A stretch of 64,000 nt of DNA from Euglena gracilis (taxonomy: Eukaryota): the NCBI GenBank assembly GCA_039621445.1, contig CP154954.1:124001-188000 (forward strand), in the 5' to 3' direction. Every line of letters begins with the position of its first letter. Position 1 is the first letter of the stretch. The notes below the pieces were generated by a model, which had not been told where the DNA came from, searched no databases, and was given only the letters and a program-made list of their open reading frames with translations. The position numbers and the translations under genes are program-made. This document shows, piece after piece, positions 24,793-45,189 of the stretch.

Positions 24793-26618
24793 ATGACATT
24801 AGATGTATCAATTAGTACGTTACGAAGTTGCTTTTAGTTTATTAGGTATAAGTTAAAATAAAAGATAAGAAATAAAATTTTATTTATGTGTTTTTTTTAA
24901 GTTAAGTAAATTTTCCTTAAATTGTATGTTTTTGGCTATTCATATTAATTAAAAAATTGGTTAATCTAATTGGTTAATCTTAATATTTTCAATAATTTGT
25001 TAATAAGTTTAGTAATTTTTCAAGTAGAACGTAAATAGGTTTTATTTTGGATTTTTTTTTAATAAAGAATAAACTTTTGACATATTTTTATTTAAAATTA
25101 AATGTTTAAGCTGTATGTTTTTTTTTACTTGTACAGTTTTTTAAGAGAAATTTTAGTTCGCTAATATATTTCTTTTTTCATTAAATTCTAGTTTAAATCT
25201 TTTTTCTTGAGTATTTATTTTTCAAAAGTTAATTTTTTAAATAATTTTCGTTTTTGGTTATTTTATTCTCTTTTTTAAACTTTTCTGTATGAAAAGTAAA
25301 ATTATTTTATTTTTTGGTAATTGAAATTTATTTATTATTTTAGTAGACCAATAAAAGCAAAGAGAATAGGTTTTAATTTAATTTTCTATAAATTTTTATT
25401 CTAAAGAAAATTTTACATTTTAGTTTTAATAAGTCTTGTTTTAGAGTTTTATATAATATAAAACAACCTAACCTTTTTTGCGATAGTATGTTGAAAAGCT
25501 AAATAAATCAACAATTTTTGTTTAGTTTGTGAATAAAATTTTCAAAATTGAATTTATATTTTCTACTTTACTTATTCCTGAAAGAGTTTTTTGGGAAAAA
25601 AGAGTTGAAGAAATTATTCTTCCTACTTTAAGTGGTCAGATGGGGGTTCTTAAAGACCATGTGTGACACATTATTAAAACGTTTGTTAATTTTATTAATT
25701 ATAATTTTTTGATAAATGCTTGTTTGAGATTTAACTTTACTTTTACTTTTAACCATATTAGTTAATTATTTTTATTTTCTGCATTAACATTTTGTTTGTG
25801 CGTGGTAGCTTTGAATATTTTCTAAAATTTAAAATTTACTTTTTTATAAATTATTTTTTATAAATAAGAAAAATTTAAAATTTTAAGATTAATATAATTT
25901 ATAGTTTATTTTGAAAATGTATATTTAAGTCTTGTTTTAGAAGAATATATTTAAACTGTTATTTTATAACTATTTAAAGTGTTTTTACATGTTTTAGAAA
26001 AAATTTTTAATAGTTTTAATTTTTTTAAAAACAATACTTGATAAACATAATTTGTAAGATATAATATTTGAATCTAAAAAATTTTTAAATTTGTATGCAA
26101 TGGTAAGGAATGTGTATTTTTATGTAAATTATTTACAAAATTTTTGTTTTTTTTTAGTACTTTTGATTCTATCACAATTTAGTTTTAGTCAATTTTTAAG
26201 CAAATTTTAAAAGATTTTTTGTTAAATGCCGTATGAGATTTAAATCTCCCGTACTGTATTGTTGGGGAAAAAATTAACTTAATTTATTAATTTTTAATGA
26301 TAAATTTTTTTCTATCTAAATATTCCAATATTGACTGGATTAGATATAGGTATAATCTTAGTTCGTCAAAAGTCTTCTTCCGATTGGACTAGTTTGGTTG
26401 TAACAGGAGGTTTTGCATTAATTAATAGCAATAACGTTACTATATTAGTCAATGAAGCAGAATTTGGTTCCGAAATTAATGTAGAACAAGCACAGATTTC
26501 TTATAATTCATCTAAACATGCTTTAGAAATGAATAAAGATATTAAGAGAAAATTTGAATTAACTTTAAATTTAAAAAAAGCACGTGCTAGATTCCAGGTC
26601 ACTCAACTTAAAAAGTAG
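24793..26618 (+). CDS. atpE: ATP synthase CF1 epsilon; exons about 24793-24814, 25573-25660 and 26322-26618
   Basis: MTLDVSI|IPERVFWEKRVEEIILPTLSGQMGVLKDH|IPILTGLDIG...LKKARARF. Confidence 0.94.
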
Positions 26619-26889
26619 TTTAATTTATTGTTTTATTAAATTATACGTTTTTAATTTATGTTGATAGATTTTTTATAATAAAAATTTTTTCAATTATTAA
26701 TAGTTTAAAATTATGTTTTGTTTATAGTATATTATTACTTAAACTATAAAATAGTGTAGTTAGTGTATTGAAACTGACAGTTTGATTTAAACGTTTTTGG
26801 TTTCGATTCACTCATTTATTCTTTAATTTAATTAAATTAAAATTCAAAATTCGACTTTTAGGCAAGAATTTAAGTAAAAAAAAAATGTT

Positions 26890-27620
26890 ATGTTATCCGA
26901 ATATGATAATCTAAACTTTGAAAAGAGCGTTGAAGGTAAAGGTTCTTTTCTTAATAAAAACCAAATAGAATCTTATTTGGCCTTACGAAAAAAGAAAGGA
27001 AAAATATATAATTTAGATTCTGAATTTTGGCGTGCTTTTTGTGAATCTCACAATATTAATATGGAATCTATTTTAAATTTATATATATCGAATAAATCTA
27101 TTTCTAGTAAGGATTGTTAAAATACTATCTTATATTGTTGGACGAGATTACCTTAAAGGCAGAACCGCTAACTTTTATGCTTACATTAAAGTGGATAAAC
27201 GATTAGATACGCGCTCGACTCGTTTTTTGGATTTGAGATTAAAAAAAGACTGTGAAGAGGTTACAGTTTGTGGAAATTATAGCGCAGCTAAGTCAGAAGA
27301 ATATTCTATCGATTATATAATAAAAATGGTTTTAAGTCAGAGAGCATATGGTATACAAGATTTTACTGATTCGTTAGTAATTAGTCCGTGTTTGTCTGTA
27401 AAATTAGATGATCATTACCAAATGTTGTCACTTTGGAACCGCATGATAAAACTAGCTGAAAAAGGCAATATTTTTAAGGCTCTATCTCTTTTAAAAAAAG
27501 AAAGGCCAGATTACTACATCAAAAAAATTCTGTTTAGCTTTGTAGCAATTAAAAAAAAATTTAAATGCAATTTTTATGTCTTTTAAAAATGATAAAAAAT
27601 TAAATAGGGAGGTTTTATGA
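26890..27620 (+). pseudogene. Degenerate geminivirus-like Rep paralog (ORF A), frameshifted; copy 1
   Basis: YIVGRDY...AYIKVDKRLDTRSTRFLDL...GNYSAAKSEEYSIDYIIK...RMIKLAEKGNIFKALSLLKKERPDYY. Confidence 0.65.
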
Positions 27621-28839
27621 ATTTATTAAATACGAACAAAAATAACATTGATAATAATATGAGACGTATTTCATCAAAAAAAGTTTTTTTAACCTATTCT
27701 TATTGTTCCGCAGATCTTTCAGAAATTTTAAATTTTTTTAAAAATAAATTTGAAGTAAAATATGGACTAGTTGATTATGCGTTGGTAAGATAGTTTCATA
27801 AAACCGGATACCCTCATGTACACTCATATTTCGTTTTTATTAAAAAAATAGACACTAAGGCAGCAAATTTTTTTGATATATATGTTGATTCTAAAACTTA
27901 TAGTGCATATGTTCAAACAGTTAATAACGAGAAAGATTTGTTGGACTATTTAACAAAACAAATATTTAACTTTGTAGATGCTTCAAAAAATTTCATGGCT
28001 TCTCCATCAATTTTGAAAAAGTATGGTAAATATTTTGAATATTGTCCATTAGAAGAAAGGATGATTGAATTAGCAAAAAAAGGAGAGATAGCGGATGCTA
28101 TGTTGTTGTTTGAAAAAGAAAAACCTTCTGAATTTGTATATAAAGGTGATGCTATTGAAAAACGACTTAGAAACATATATTTAAGCACAAGGTTAGGAGT
28201 TAAAGCAAAAATTAATTTTAATGACTATGTGATACCTCGAGATTTAAGGTGGATGTTAGACATTTATGAATCTTATCTGAATATGGGTGAAAATAAAGTA
28301 TTTTTAATTTTAGGCGGTGAGCTTAGGTATTTAATAGATTTTTTTGAATCTTATTTGCAATTCAAAGGCTTTTATCTTCTAGTAGTTAAGGAAGCTAAGG
28401 ATTTACTGCGATTTAGAAATACTTGTCATTACGATGCGATAATTTTTTCAGACTCTAGCATTTTAGAGTATCAAAATGTAGATGAGCTAAAAAATTTATT
28501 TAACTCTTTAGAAACAACGTTAAAAGTTCATAATCGAAAAATAGTGTTAAAGTACTTTTATCTCCTGCTTTACCAAAAGCTATAATGTCGTCAAAACCTT
28601 ATAAAGTTTTGGAACAATTTTTTAAAGAAAAAGGAATTGAAATGGAAGGCATACTACCTTATCAATTAAATGCCGATGATAAATTACTTCCCCCACATTT
28701 TCATAATTCAGAAATGGAAAAATCAAAGGAATACAGAGAACTTGAAAGTAAAACTAAAGTTTATATTCAAGAATTCTTAAAAAAAGCTAATATGAATGAT
28801 GAAAATGAAGGAAATGATAATCAAAAAAATACTAATTAA
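27617..28839 (+). pseudogene. Geminivirus/pCRESS-like HUH Rep with degenerate SF3 helicase (ORF B); copy 1
   Basis: FLTY, R*FHKTGYPHVH (TAG at 27791), FFDI and YLTK; the extra 1-nt homopolymer frameshift near 28540 is absent in copy 2. Confidence 0.8.
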
Positions 28840-29446
28840 TACGTTTTTATTATATGTTATTATTTTATTAGTAATAAAAATATTACTAATTTGTTATTTG
28901 TTATAAATATGTTATATTTATTCTAGGGCGGAAAATTAGTGGTAACATTAATTTGTTAAAAAATGCCTCTTGACATCAAAAGTTCGAATTAATTTTGAAA
29001 AGCATGAGGCATTTTTTTAACAATTATTTTAAGTTTAATAAAACTTAAAATTTTTTTTTAATAAATTTTTTTTTTTCTGTCCGCCCGGAGAATAAAAAAA
29101 TTTAGAAAATTATTGCTCTATTATTTTTGGGAGAATAAAATGAACAATTCAAAAACAAAACTTCAAAAAAAAAAATAAAGTTCGCTGAGAATAAAATACC
29201 AGCGGACACGTTTTTGTTATTTTTTTTTATAAATTTTTTATTAAAATTATTATAAATATTATTACTAGTATAATTATTATCAAATTAATTTTTATTTTAT
29301 TGCTAACTTGTTATTAAATTGTTATTAAATAGCTAATTTGTTGTATGAGCATTAAGCGTTAAATTAATTGGGTAGGTCAACAATAAACTATTGTTGAAAG
29401 AATATAGTTATAGTTAATTGGACAAATTTTTTATGGGAGAATAATT

Positions 29447-31177
29447 ATGGTTCAAAAATTAAGAAAAAAATACAAATTCAAAATTAACACCACAAGTTCG
29501 AGATATTATGGTAGTTATAATATAACACGTAATTGGAGAATTTTAATAAGGACAAATTTTCAATCTTTAATAGAAATGGATTATTCTTTTATTAAAAAAT
29601 GGCATGCAATAATAAACGACGATAAAATTTCTTTTATTATGTATACCATATGCAAATACGTGGATTTTCAGAAAGAAACCGATATTTTTATTAAAGCTTA
29701 CCTCGAACTAAAGAAAAATTGTCGGCCAAAATATTTAGAAGACTTGTTTAGTTTTGATAAAAATACAATTATAAGTATCGAAAAAGCTAAAGGGGATAGT
29801 CCTGGCAATGTTGGTGGTTTTATTATTAATTGCCGAGACCCCGAAGAGGAACTTTTTTGGAATAGAATACCGCGCTATGAATCTAAAAATAATAACTGTT
29901 TAAGTTTTAAATTTATTACTCAATATAATTTAATTGAGAAAGCAAGGGGAAATTATTTTCTACCTAAAATTTTCCTTGAAGTTTTAAAAAAAGGTCCGGA
30001 AGAGATTGATAAAGAAAAAAGAAAAACTGTTTTAGCAAAAAAAATCGATAATGACGAAGAAATAGAAAAAATAGAAATAAAAAAAGAAAAACAATTTGAA
30101 ATTAAGAGCTTTTTCGAGGATTCAGAATTTTTAGCAATAACCGAAAAATATACAAAAAAGTGTGAGGATTTAATAAATATTAACAATAAAGGGAAAAAAA
30201 TAAGAGATTTATTTTGCAATTATATTTTAGAATTATTAATTCTAGAAATAAATATTTTAAATTCTCAAAGTAAACCAAAATATTCGGATGTTTTTATTTG
30301 TAATTAAAAAAAAAAAAAGAACAATAATGAAATAGAGTGGTATTTTAATTGGATGTCTATTGATAGAATCCTTAAACAATTTTTATATAAATCAATTAAA
30401 CCGTGGCAAAATAAAAATATTGACGATATTAATCAAGGAGAAATTTATAATATAATTACTAATAAATCACTTACAGATAATACAATAAATTCTGTTAAAC
30501 GTTCTTTTCAAAATAGATTGAATGAAAATGTTAACTTAACGAACGTAAGAAAATCATACAAAAAAATAAAATTTGTTTCGTTTAGTTTAACTAAGTTTTA
30601 TAGCAATGAAAATAACGTTTTTTTTGTAAAATTAAAAATTGAGATTTTCGTATGTGATAGTTTTAATACTAGCCTTATAAGAGATTTTCTTAATTTAATT
30701 ACAAGTGAAGATATTCTATGGATAATGTATTCGGTAGAACCTGTAATATTAATACATACTGATTCCAAAGATAAAATTCTTCAAGAGACATATCTAAAAT
30801 TAGAATGTAAAGCAGTAAAATCACAGCTATATTTAAATATATATGTGATATTTGATGAAAAAAGAGTATGGACTAAAAATTTAGTTGAAAGCTTTTTTTC
30901 TACTATTAAAAATGATAAAATTTTAAATATATCAAACGTACCAAAACTAGGAGGTCTTTGTTTTTGTTATGTTCTTAATAACCTTTTGCTAAAAGCAAAT
31001 AAAAAAAATCAATTAGCTGAAATTAAAATATATCAGCATACAAAATATGAAATTCCTTCCAAATATAAAATCAAATTTATCAACGAATCGCCATTATTTT
31101 TAAGAGAATATACTGGGTCTTTGAACTTCTTATATATTTTACTTAGTATGTTACTAGATAATATAACTAATAAATAA
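29447..31177 (+). CDS. Uncharacterised ORF C with degenerate circovirus-type Rep domain(s); split into 286 and 274 aa in copy 1
   Basis: Same sequence as the 576-aa ORF at 47734-49464 but broken at a poly-A run near 30305. Confidence 0.7.
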
Positions 31178-32042
31178 TTAAGTTATTATATTATTCCATT
31201 AAAATTTTTTAAAGTCCACCAAGAATAAAATTCTAGTGGACACGTTTGTTATTAAATTGTTATTATTAGTATAATTATTATAAAATTATTTAATTAAAAA
31301 TATAAATAATTTAGTTAGCTAGTTGTTATTAAAATGTTATTAACTTTTTTAAAGTTCACCGAGAATAAAATCCTAGTGGACACGTTTTTGTTTGTTTAGT
31401 TGGTTTTAGTTTAAGGTCAGCAGGAACAACTTTTATAACCTTTTATTATGGTATCGTACTTTAATAAATCTAAATTTAAGGAATTCTGCAACATATTCTA
31501 AAGATAAAGGGCATTTTGGAGATGTAAGAAATACTTTCCTAGCTGACAGTCGGTATTTAGCGTTTTTACCAACGTTTTTTTCAAATTTATTAAAGGAACT
31601 TTTCTTTGATTTTACTTTTTTCTAACGTAATTTTTTGATTAGTTTTATTTGGAGTTATAACCTATTATTAATCTATTAACCTATTATTAATCTATTAACT
31701 TATTATTATATTATTATTATTATTAGGGGCAATTTACTTAGCAAATTCTCGGTCGTTACTGACAAAACGGGGTATGGTTTTGTAAACATTAACCACGCAA
31801 TAACACAATCACAATATTGCACTAATAACTTAAAAAAGTCACTCACATGATATTATTACTAAATAAATGTAATCTGCCTCAGGCAAACGGTTTTGAACTA
31901 TGTGTATGAAAAGTAATGAGAATTCTTTACAATTAAAGGGATGTAACATGTAAATCGTTAAATACGACTGCATACAACTCCTATTTAAGATACTATGTAC
32001 GGGAAATAAGCAAAAATAATACATTATACAAGGAAACATACT

Positions 32043-32251
32043 ATGGTACGTAAAAAGATATATTAAATGAAAGGTTAAAAAATTACACAATAGAAACAGA
32101 CGTGTCCCGTAAGGTGAGGCAAAAAGTTGCGTTCCGTTTAGCGGCTAAAAACATATTTTTGATGTATAATAAAGTTTCATCTTCATTTACTGTGGAGGAT
32201 ATTAGTTATTCTTTACTTGAGAAGCTGAAGCCATATGGTGTATTATCGTAG
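32043..32251 (+). pseudogene. Rep N-terminal fragment (ORF D); copy 1
   Basis: FRLAAKNIFLMY motif-I-like segment. Confidence 0.6.
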
Positions 32252-32443
32252 ATACGTATATTGACTGTGAAACTAACGTAACTGACTTATCTAGAGTAAA
32301 AGAAACTAAACGTGAGTATTATATTTTTAGACCTCAAATAGACAAAAATTAGTAGCAAAACTTATTAATAATAATAATGTAAATTATCTATAAATAACTG
32401 TAAAGTGATTTTTCGAATATAATTTTTATTTTATTATTAAAAT

Positions 32444-38010
<5,567 letters not shown>

Positions 38011-38136
38011 TTAAAATAATTTCGTTTTATCTCAAATTTTTTTGAATATTTTTTAGTATTTTTTAAATACGTTAAATTTTATAATTTTTAGAATAATGTT
38101 TAAATTTTTAAGTTCAAAAAGATCTTTTATTTTTTT

Positions 38137-38301
38137 ATGGCGGTTCCAAAAAAGAAAATGTCCAAATCTCGTAGAAACTCAAGGAAAAGTAACTGGAAAA
38201 AAAAGGTGCTTAAAAAAGTTCTTTTTGCTCTTTCTTTAGGAAAATCTTTTGAAGCGAATACTAATGTTAATTTTTCTTTTGGAGACAAATTACCACAATA
38301 G
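38137..38301 (+). CDS. rpl32: 50S ribosomal protein L32
   Basis: MAVPKKKMSKSRRNSRKSNWKKK..., 54 aa. Confidence 0.93.
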   Translation: MAVPKKKMSKSRRNSRKSNWKKKVLKKVLFALSLGKSFEANTNVNFSFGDKLPQ

Positions 38302-38335
38302 TGCTGTGATAATATGTAAAATTGTAATTATTTTT

Positions 38336-39292
<957 letters not shown>

Positions 39293-39403
39293 ATAAGGTT
39301 TTTCTTTGAGATAGGAAATTTCAAAGGACATATTTATATTTTATTAAAAAAATTTTTTAATATAGAATTTTGTTTATTGTTAAATTTATTTTTAGTTATT
39401 TTT

Positions 39404-41529
39404 ATGAAATTAAATTCTATTGAAGTAATAGGTAAGTTATGGATTTCTTAAAAAATTTTTTATATTTATTTTAGATTTATTATGAATCATATAATTTTTT
39501 TAATTTAATTTTTTTAAAAATTTTTTATTTAACTAGAAAATCTTCTATTGCCAAAATAATTCTCTTCCTTCCTAAAGATGGTGGTGGTGAAATTTTGATT
39601 AATGGAGAAAAAGCTTTTAACTATTTGCAGTTGCGAGTTCTAAAAGTCTTTATTTAATTTAAATTAAGATTTAAAAAAAATAAAAAAAAGAAATTTAAAA
39701 TTTAATAATATAATGAAAAAAAATAGTGAAAGGAAGAGTTAATAAGATTTTATTATAATAAATTAAAAAATAATAAATTTTAATTTAATAAAAATTTTCT
39801 AATTTATTATAATAAATTTTTAATAAATTATTATATCAATTTTTTTAATTTATTTAGATTTTAATAGATAATAATATTATTGTCATAATAAACTTTTCAT
39901 TAATACAAAATTTTTATGAAAAAATTATTTTATAAATTTTTGGAATTTTTCAAAATTTCTTATTTATTTATATCAACTAATAATAGAAAAATTGTTAAAA
40001 TAATTTTTTTATAGTTTTTTAGAAAACTAATTATTATTTATAAAATTTTTAAAAAATTTTTATTTTATAAATTGTTGTGTTTTAAAAAGAAAAATATTAG
40101 TTTATCAAATATATTCTTTAAAAATTAAAAGAATTAAAATAGGTATTGATTTTTAATTAAATTTGTTATAAACATTTTTAAAATATAAGAAAATTTAAAA
40201 TGACTAAATATTAGAAAAATTTAAAAATAAAAATAAATGTTTTTTTAACAGGTTAGAACAAATTTTTTAAAAAAATTCTTTTAATTTATCTTTTATAAAT
40301 TAAAAAAAAAAAGTTTAAACTTTTTTATATTTTTGTTTTTATAAAAAGATAAGTATTTTATTATAATATATATTAAATTAATCTTAAACTATTTAAAAAA
40401 CAAATATAAAAATAAATCTAATTATTATTGTTTTTATCTTTTTTATAAAATTTTAATTAAAAGTATTTATGAAAGTTTTCTATTTTTATTTTAATACTTT
40501 TTATGAGCTGATATTATTGATGTTTTTTAACTATAAATTTATAATTTTAATTTTATCAACTAATAATTTTTGAGAAAAAGAATTTTTATGTATTTTTATT
40601 TTTGTTTTTTTAATAACTATTTTTTATTATAATCTAAATTTTTTAATAAATAAAATTGAAAGTTTATCTTCTTTTCTTTTTTTAAAAATTAAAAAATTTT
40701 TTTTTTTTTTTAAATTTTATTAATAAATTGAAAAATATAAGAATTTAAATTTTTTTTATTTTTAGATATTATTTATTTTGATTTTTGTATAGAAAATAAT
40801 TTAAATATGTACTAAATTAAAAAAATATAATAATTAAATTTTTAACTACAAAGTTTAAACATTTTTTTAAAAAAAATTTATTTATTATCAAAATTTTATT
40901 TGTATAAAATAAGTTATTTTAGTAATAATTTTTATTATATTTATAAAAAATTGTACTCAAAATGATGTAATATACTTTTTTTGTTAAAAAAAAAAAAAAT
41001 TTATTTTTTTTTTTATTTATTGTAAAAAATTTTATTTTATGTAAATGTTGCTAATATTAAAATCATTAGCGTTTTTTATAGAAAAGGAAGACAAAAAAAA
41101 AAAAACAGAAAGTGAACGGTTTTTTAACTTAAAAAAATTTATTGTTAAAGAAGAATTAGTTTTGTATATTTAAGTCCTATTTTTTTTTTGTATTAACTTT
41201 GTAAACTATTTATTACATAAGTTTTTCAAATATTTTTTCATTAATTATTTCATTTTATAAAAATAGTTGTTTATATTATATAATTTCTTTTTAATTTTAA
41301 AAACAATTTTATTTTAATAATAGGGAAAGTATAGTTTTGTATAATCGTTACAATCTCTAACAATAGATTATTAATTAAAAAAAGAAAATAGTATCATCTA
41401 TTTCAAAAGCTTAATCTTACATTTTTTAATGAAATAAAAAAGATGTTTAGTTTGTAACAGAACTTTTTTCTAGTTTATTAATACGGTTTGAAAAAAGCGC
41501 GCAAAGCGCCACAATTCTCAAAAAGATAG
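39404..41529 (+). CDS. rps9: 30S ribosomal protein S9, multi-intron; middle is low-quality sequence
   Basis: MKLNSIEVIGK|RKSSIAKI...GEILINGEKAFNYLQ and C-terminal GLKKARKAPQFSKR*. Confidence 0.85.
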
Positions 41530-41626
41530 AATCTTCTTATTTTTTAAGAATAACTTCTTAATAGGTATATGTAAAAATTTTTGTAGAAAAATTTTATTTT
41601 TTTATTATTGAAGAATTATTTTTATT

Positions 41627-41935
41627 ATGTCAACAGAAAGATGAAATTTTAGAAAGACTTAAAAAATTACTTTACTAGAAGCTTACGAGCTAGTTAAACA
41701 AATTTTGGGGTTTTGTAAAAAAATTTTATTTTTTAGCTTTTATTATTATATTTTTAAAATAATATTTTTTTTATTTTTAGGATTTAGAATATTATTACTT
41801 TTTTGAAAATAACTTCGGTGTTGTTGCTACTATTACTTTGTCAGCCAGTAGTAGGATTCCATCTATTTTACCTTCTAAAGCGGATGATACTGTAGTGCTG
41901 GAAAAAACTGAATTTTATATTATCATCAGAAAATG
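41627..41935 (+). CDS. rpl12: 50S ribosomal protein L12, 5' part, error-laden and truncated
   Basis: MST...EILERLKK...LLEAYELVKQI, then ENNFGV and EKTEF after a short intron. Confidence 0.65.
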
Positions 41936-44621
41936 AAACATTTTCTTTTTTTAAGTCCGTAGTTTAAAACAACTAAAAATCTTATTGAAACTTAAAAAAT
42001 CTTAAATTTTTCTAGAAATTAAAAATTTAAACTAAATTAAAAAATCAAAAATATTAAATAAAATTAGATAAAAAAAATTATTTTTATTTATTTATAATAG
42101 TTTTTCAAATTTATTGATTTTTTTATTATTAAAATTTAAAGAAAGTTCTATTTTAATAAATAAAATATCTATTGGTTTATAAAAAGATAAATTATTCTTA
42201 TTAAAAAGACATTATTTTTAGAAAAATAAATAAATTTTGAAATAATGTATTTTTTTTTTATTTAAAATTTTAACTTATAAAGAAACTTTAAATAATATTT
42301 ATTTTTATTCTTACTCACTTATATTGTTTTTATTATTTTAAAGATTTTATCTTTTAAAAACAATTTTTTTAATTTATTTAATTTTGTAAAATTTTATTTG
42401 AGGAATTAAAAAGTTATTTTATAAAAAAATTTCATAAATTTTCATGTTGTTTACTTTTATTTTCATTAAAAAAAATATGTTTTATTTCATTAGAAACTAA
42501 TAATTTTTTTCTTTTTAATTAAAAATTAAATATATTAAAAAATTTTTTATTGTTTTTTTATATTTTGTTGTATTTGTTTTGATTAAGAAGCAAAAAATCA
42601 ATAAATAGTTTTTTTTCAAATATAAAAATATTATTAACTTATAATATACAATTTTTTAGAAAAATTTTAATTAAATCTTTTTTACAATATTTGATAATTT
42701 AAAAAATAAAATAAAATTTTCTAATTAATTAAAATATATATTAAAATAATTTCTTATAATGTTTTATTATAAAATAAAGACAATTATTAAAAAAAATCGT
42801 AGTTATGCTATTTTAATAGAAACTACTTGTAAAACAAGGAAAGATTACATCACATAACTTTTTAATTAAGATCACTTAAATTGTTATTGTAGCTTCTGTT
42901 TAGCATGACATAATTTGTTTATTTATTAACGAGGGTCTTATAAATTGATCTATTTATATGTAAAATTGAAGGTAAAACCATAAGAAATCTAAAAAGAACC
43001 ATGGTTCGTTTAATAATTTAGTTTCGAATGGATGACTTATATTCCACCTCACGTGATGAATTTATCAGAAACTCTTCAAAATTAATCAGTTAAAAATTAT
43101 GTCAGGTCTTTACAAATAAATGAATTAATTTAAATGTATCTTGTTAAGCATTGGATATAAATCTATAGACCAGTAATTTTTAATTATTTTATTCATGAAA
43201 TAAATCGAAAATCATAGTTTTAAGAAACGCTATTAATAGTCGTGATATTGGCAAATCATATTAAATTTAAGTATAAACTATACAAAAATGAAGCAATTTT
43301 TGATATAAAATTTTTATATGTTACTCACGGAAACATTAGTAAGGTCATTTAACTTCACTAGATTTATTTAGTCTATAATAATTATATTTAGCATATTTAG
43401 ATTGATTGTAAAAGAACCAATAAACTGCATTTTCATCTATAAAAAATATGATAGTTCATCGGATGCTATCAATGAAATGAAGCTTGTTCGCATCTAATCT
43501 TTGGAAGAGTTTCCAAAGTCTGAGTAAACAGTTTCTTTACAAATTGCGTATCTATTTCATAGTCTATTCTACGCAAATTTTAAACAAATACTGTAACAGT
43601 TAAAGCAGATTCATTTGCTATTTTCCACTTTTGTTTAAATGTAAAAAAATTCCGAATAACTAAACTATTGTTAAAATTATCACAACGAAATCGAACATTT
43701 TACGCAGAAGGTCTAGACATATTAATAATAAGAATAAGGTTATCAAATATGTACATATATAAAATAGATAAGAATTAAAATTTTGTTACGATGGAAAATT
43801 TAATGAATGGCTTTTACGAATGCTGATTATAGAATACGTGGCCAGATCTAAGTTACTTTACTGAGATATTATTATCTAGTACTAATGACTTTAAATACTT
43901 ACTAAAATTCTGACAAAGATACTATGCATACAGATAATTAACTACAATTTTATTTACTTAACATTATGCCTTTAATGACTTTTAATATTTTTATAAATAG
44001 AATCAAAACAAAATAATGCTTGTTTGAGATTTAACTTTACTTTTACTTTTAACCATATTAGTTAATTATTTTTATTTTCTGCATTAACATTTTGTTTGTG
44101 CGTGGTAGCTTTGAATATTTTCTAAAATTTAAAATTTACTTTTTTATAAATTATTTTTTATAAATAAGAAAAATTTAAAATTTTAAGATTAATATAATTT
44201 ATAGTTTATTTTGAAAATGTATATTTAAGTCTTGTTTTAGAAGAATATATTTAAACTGTTATTTTATAACTATTTAAAGTGTTTTTACATGTTTTAGAAA
44301 AAATTTTTAATAGTTTTAATTTTTTTAAAAACAATACTTGATAAACATAATTTGTAAGATATAATATTTGAATCTAAAAAATTTTTAAATTTGTATGCAA
44401 TGGTAAGGAATGTGTATTTTTATGTAAATTATTTACAAAATTTTTGTTTTTTTTTAGTACTTTTGATTCTATCACAATTTAGTTTTAGTCAATTTTTAAG
44501 CAAATTTTAAAAGATTTTTTGTTAAATGCCGTATGAGATTTAAATCTCCCGTACTGTATTGTTGGGGAAAAAATTAACTTAATTTATTAATTTTTAATGA
44601 TAAATTTTTTTCTATCTAAAT

Positions 44622-44918
44622 ATTCCAATATTGACTGGATTAGATATAGGTATAATCTTAGTTCGTCAAAAGTCTTCTTCCGATTGGACTAGTTTGGTTG
44701 TAACAGGAGGTTTTGCATTAATTAATAGCAATAACGTTACTATATTAGTCAATGAAGCAGAATTTGGTTCCGAAATTAATGTAGAACAAGCACAGATTTC
44801 TTATAATTCATCTAAACATGCTTTAGAAATGAATAAAGATATTAAGAGAAAATTTGAATTAACTTTAAATTTAAAAAAAGCACGTGCTAGATTCCAGGTC
44901 ACTCAACTTAAAAAGTAG
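44622..44918 (+). CDS. atpE: ATP synthase epsilon, last exon only (duplicate)
   Basis: Same as 26322-26618. Confidence 0.9.
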   Translation: MPILTGLDIGIILVRQKSSSDWTSLVVTGGFALINSNNVTILVNEAEFGSEINVEQAQISYNSSKHALEMNKDIKRKFELTLNLKKARARFQVTQLKK

Positions 44919-45189
44919 TTTAATTTATTGTTTTATTAAATTATACGTTTTTAATTTATGTTGATAGATTTTTTATAATAAAAATTTTTTCAATTATTAA
45001 TAGTTTAAAATTATGTTTGTTTTATAGTATATTATTACTTAAACTATAAAATAGTGTAGTTAGTGTATTGAAACTGACAGTTTGATTTAAACGTTTTTGG
45101 TTTCGATTCACTCATTTATTCTTTAATTTAATTAAATTAAAATTCAAAATTCGACTTTTAGGCAAGAATTTAAGTAAAAAAAAAATGTT

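Noticed and set aside
39660-42780. Apparent pseudogenisation of rps9 and rpl12
   Set aside because: The first part is a G/C-depleted, garbled version of the clean copy at 57940-58580, which points to low read quality
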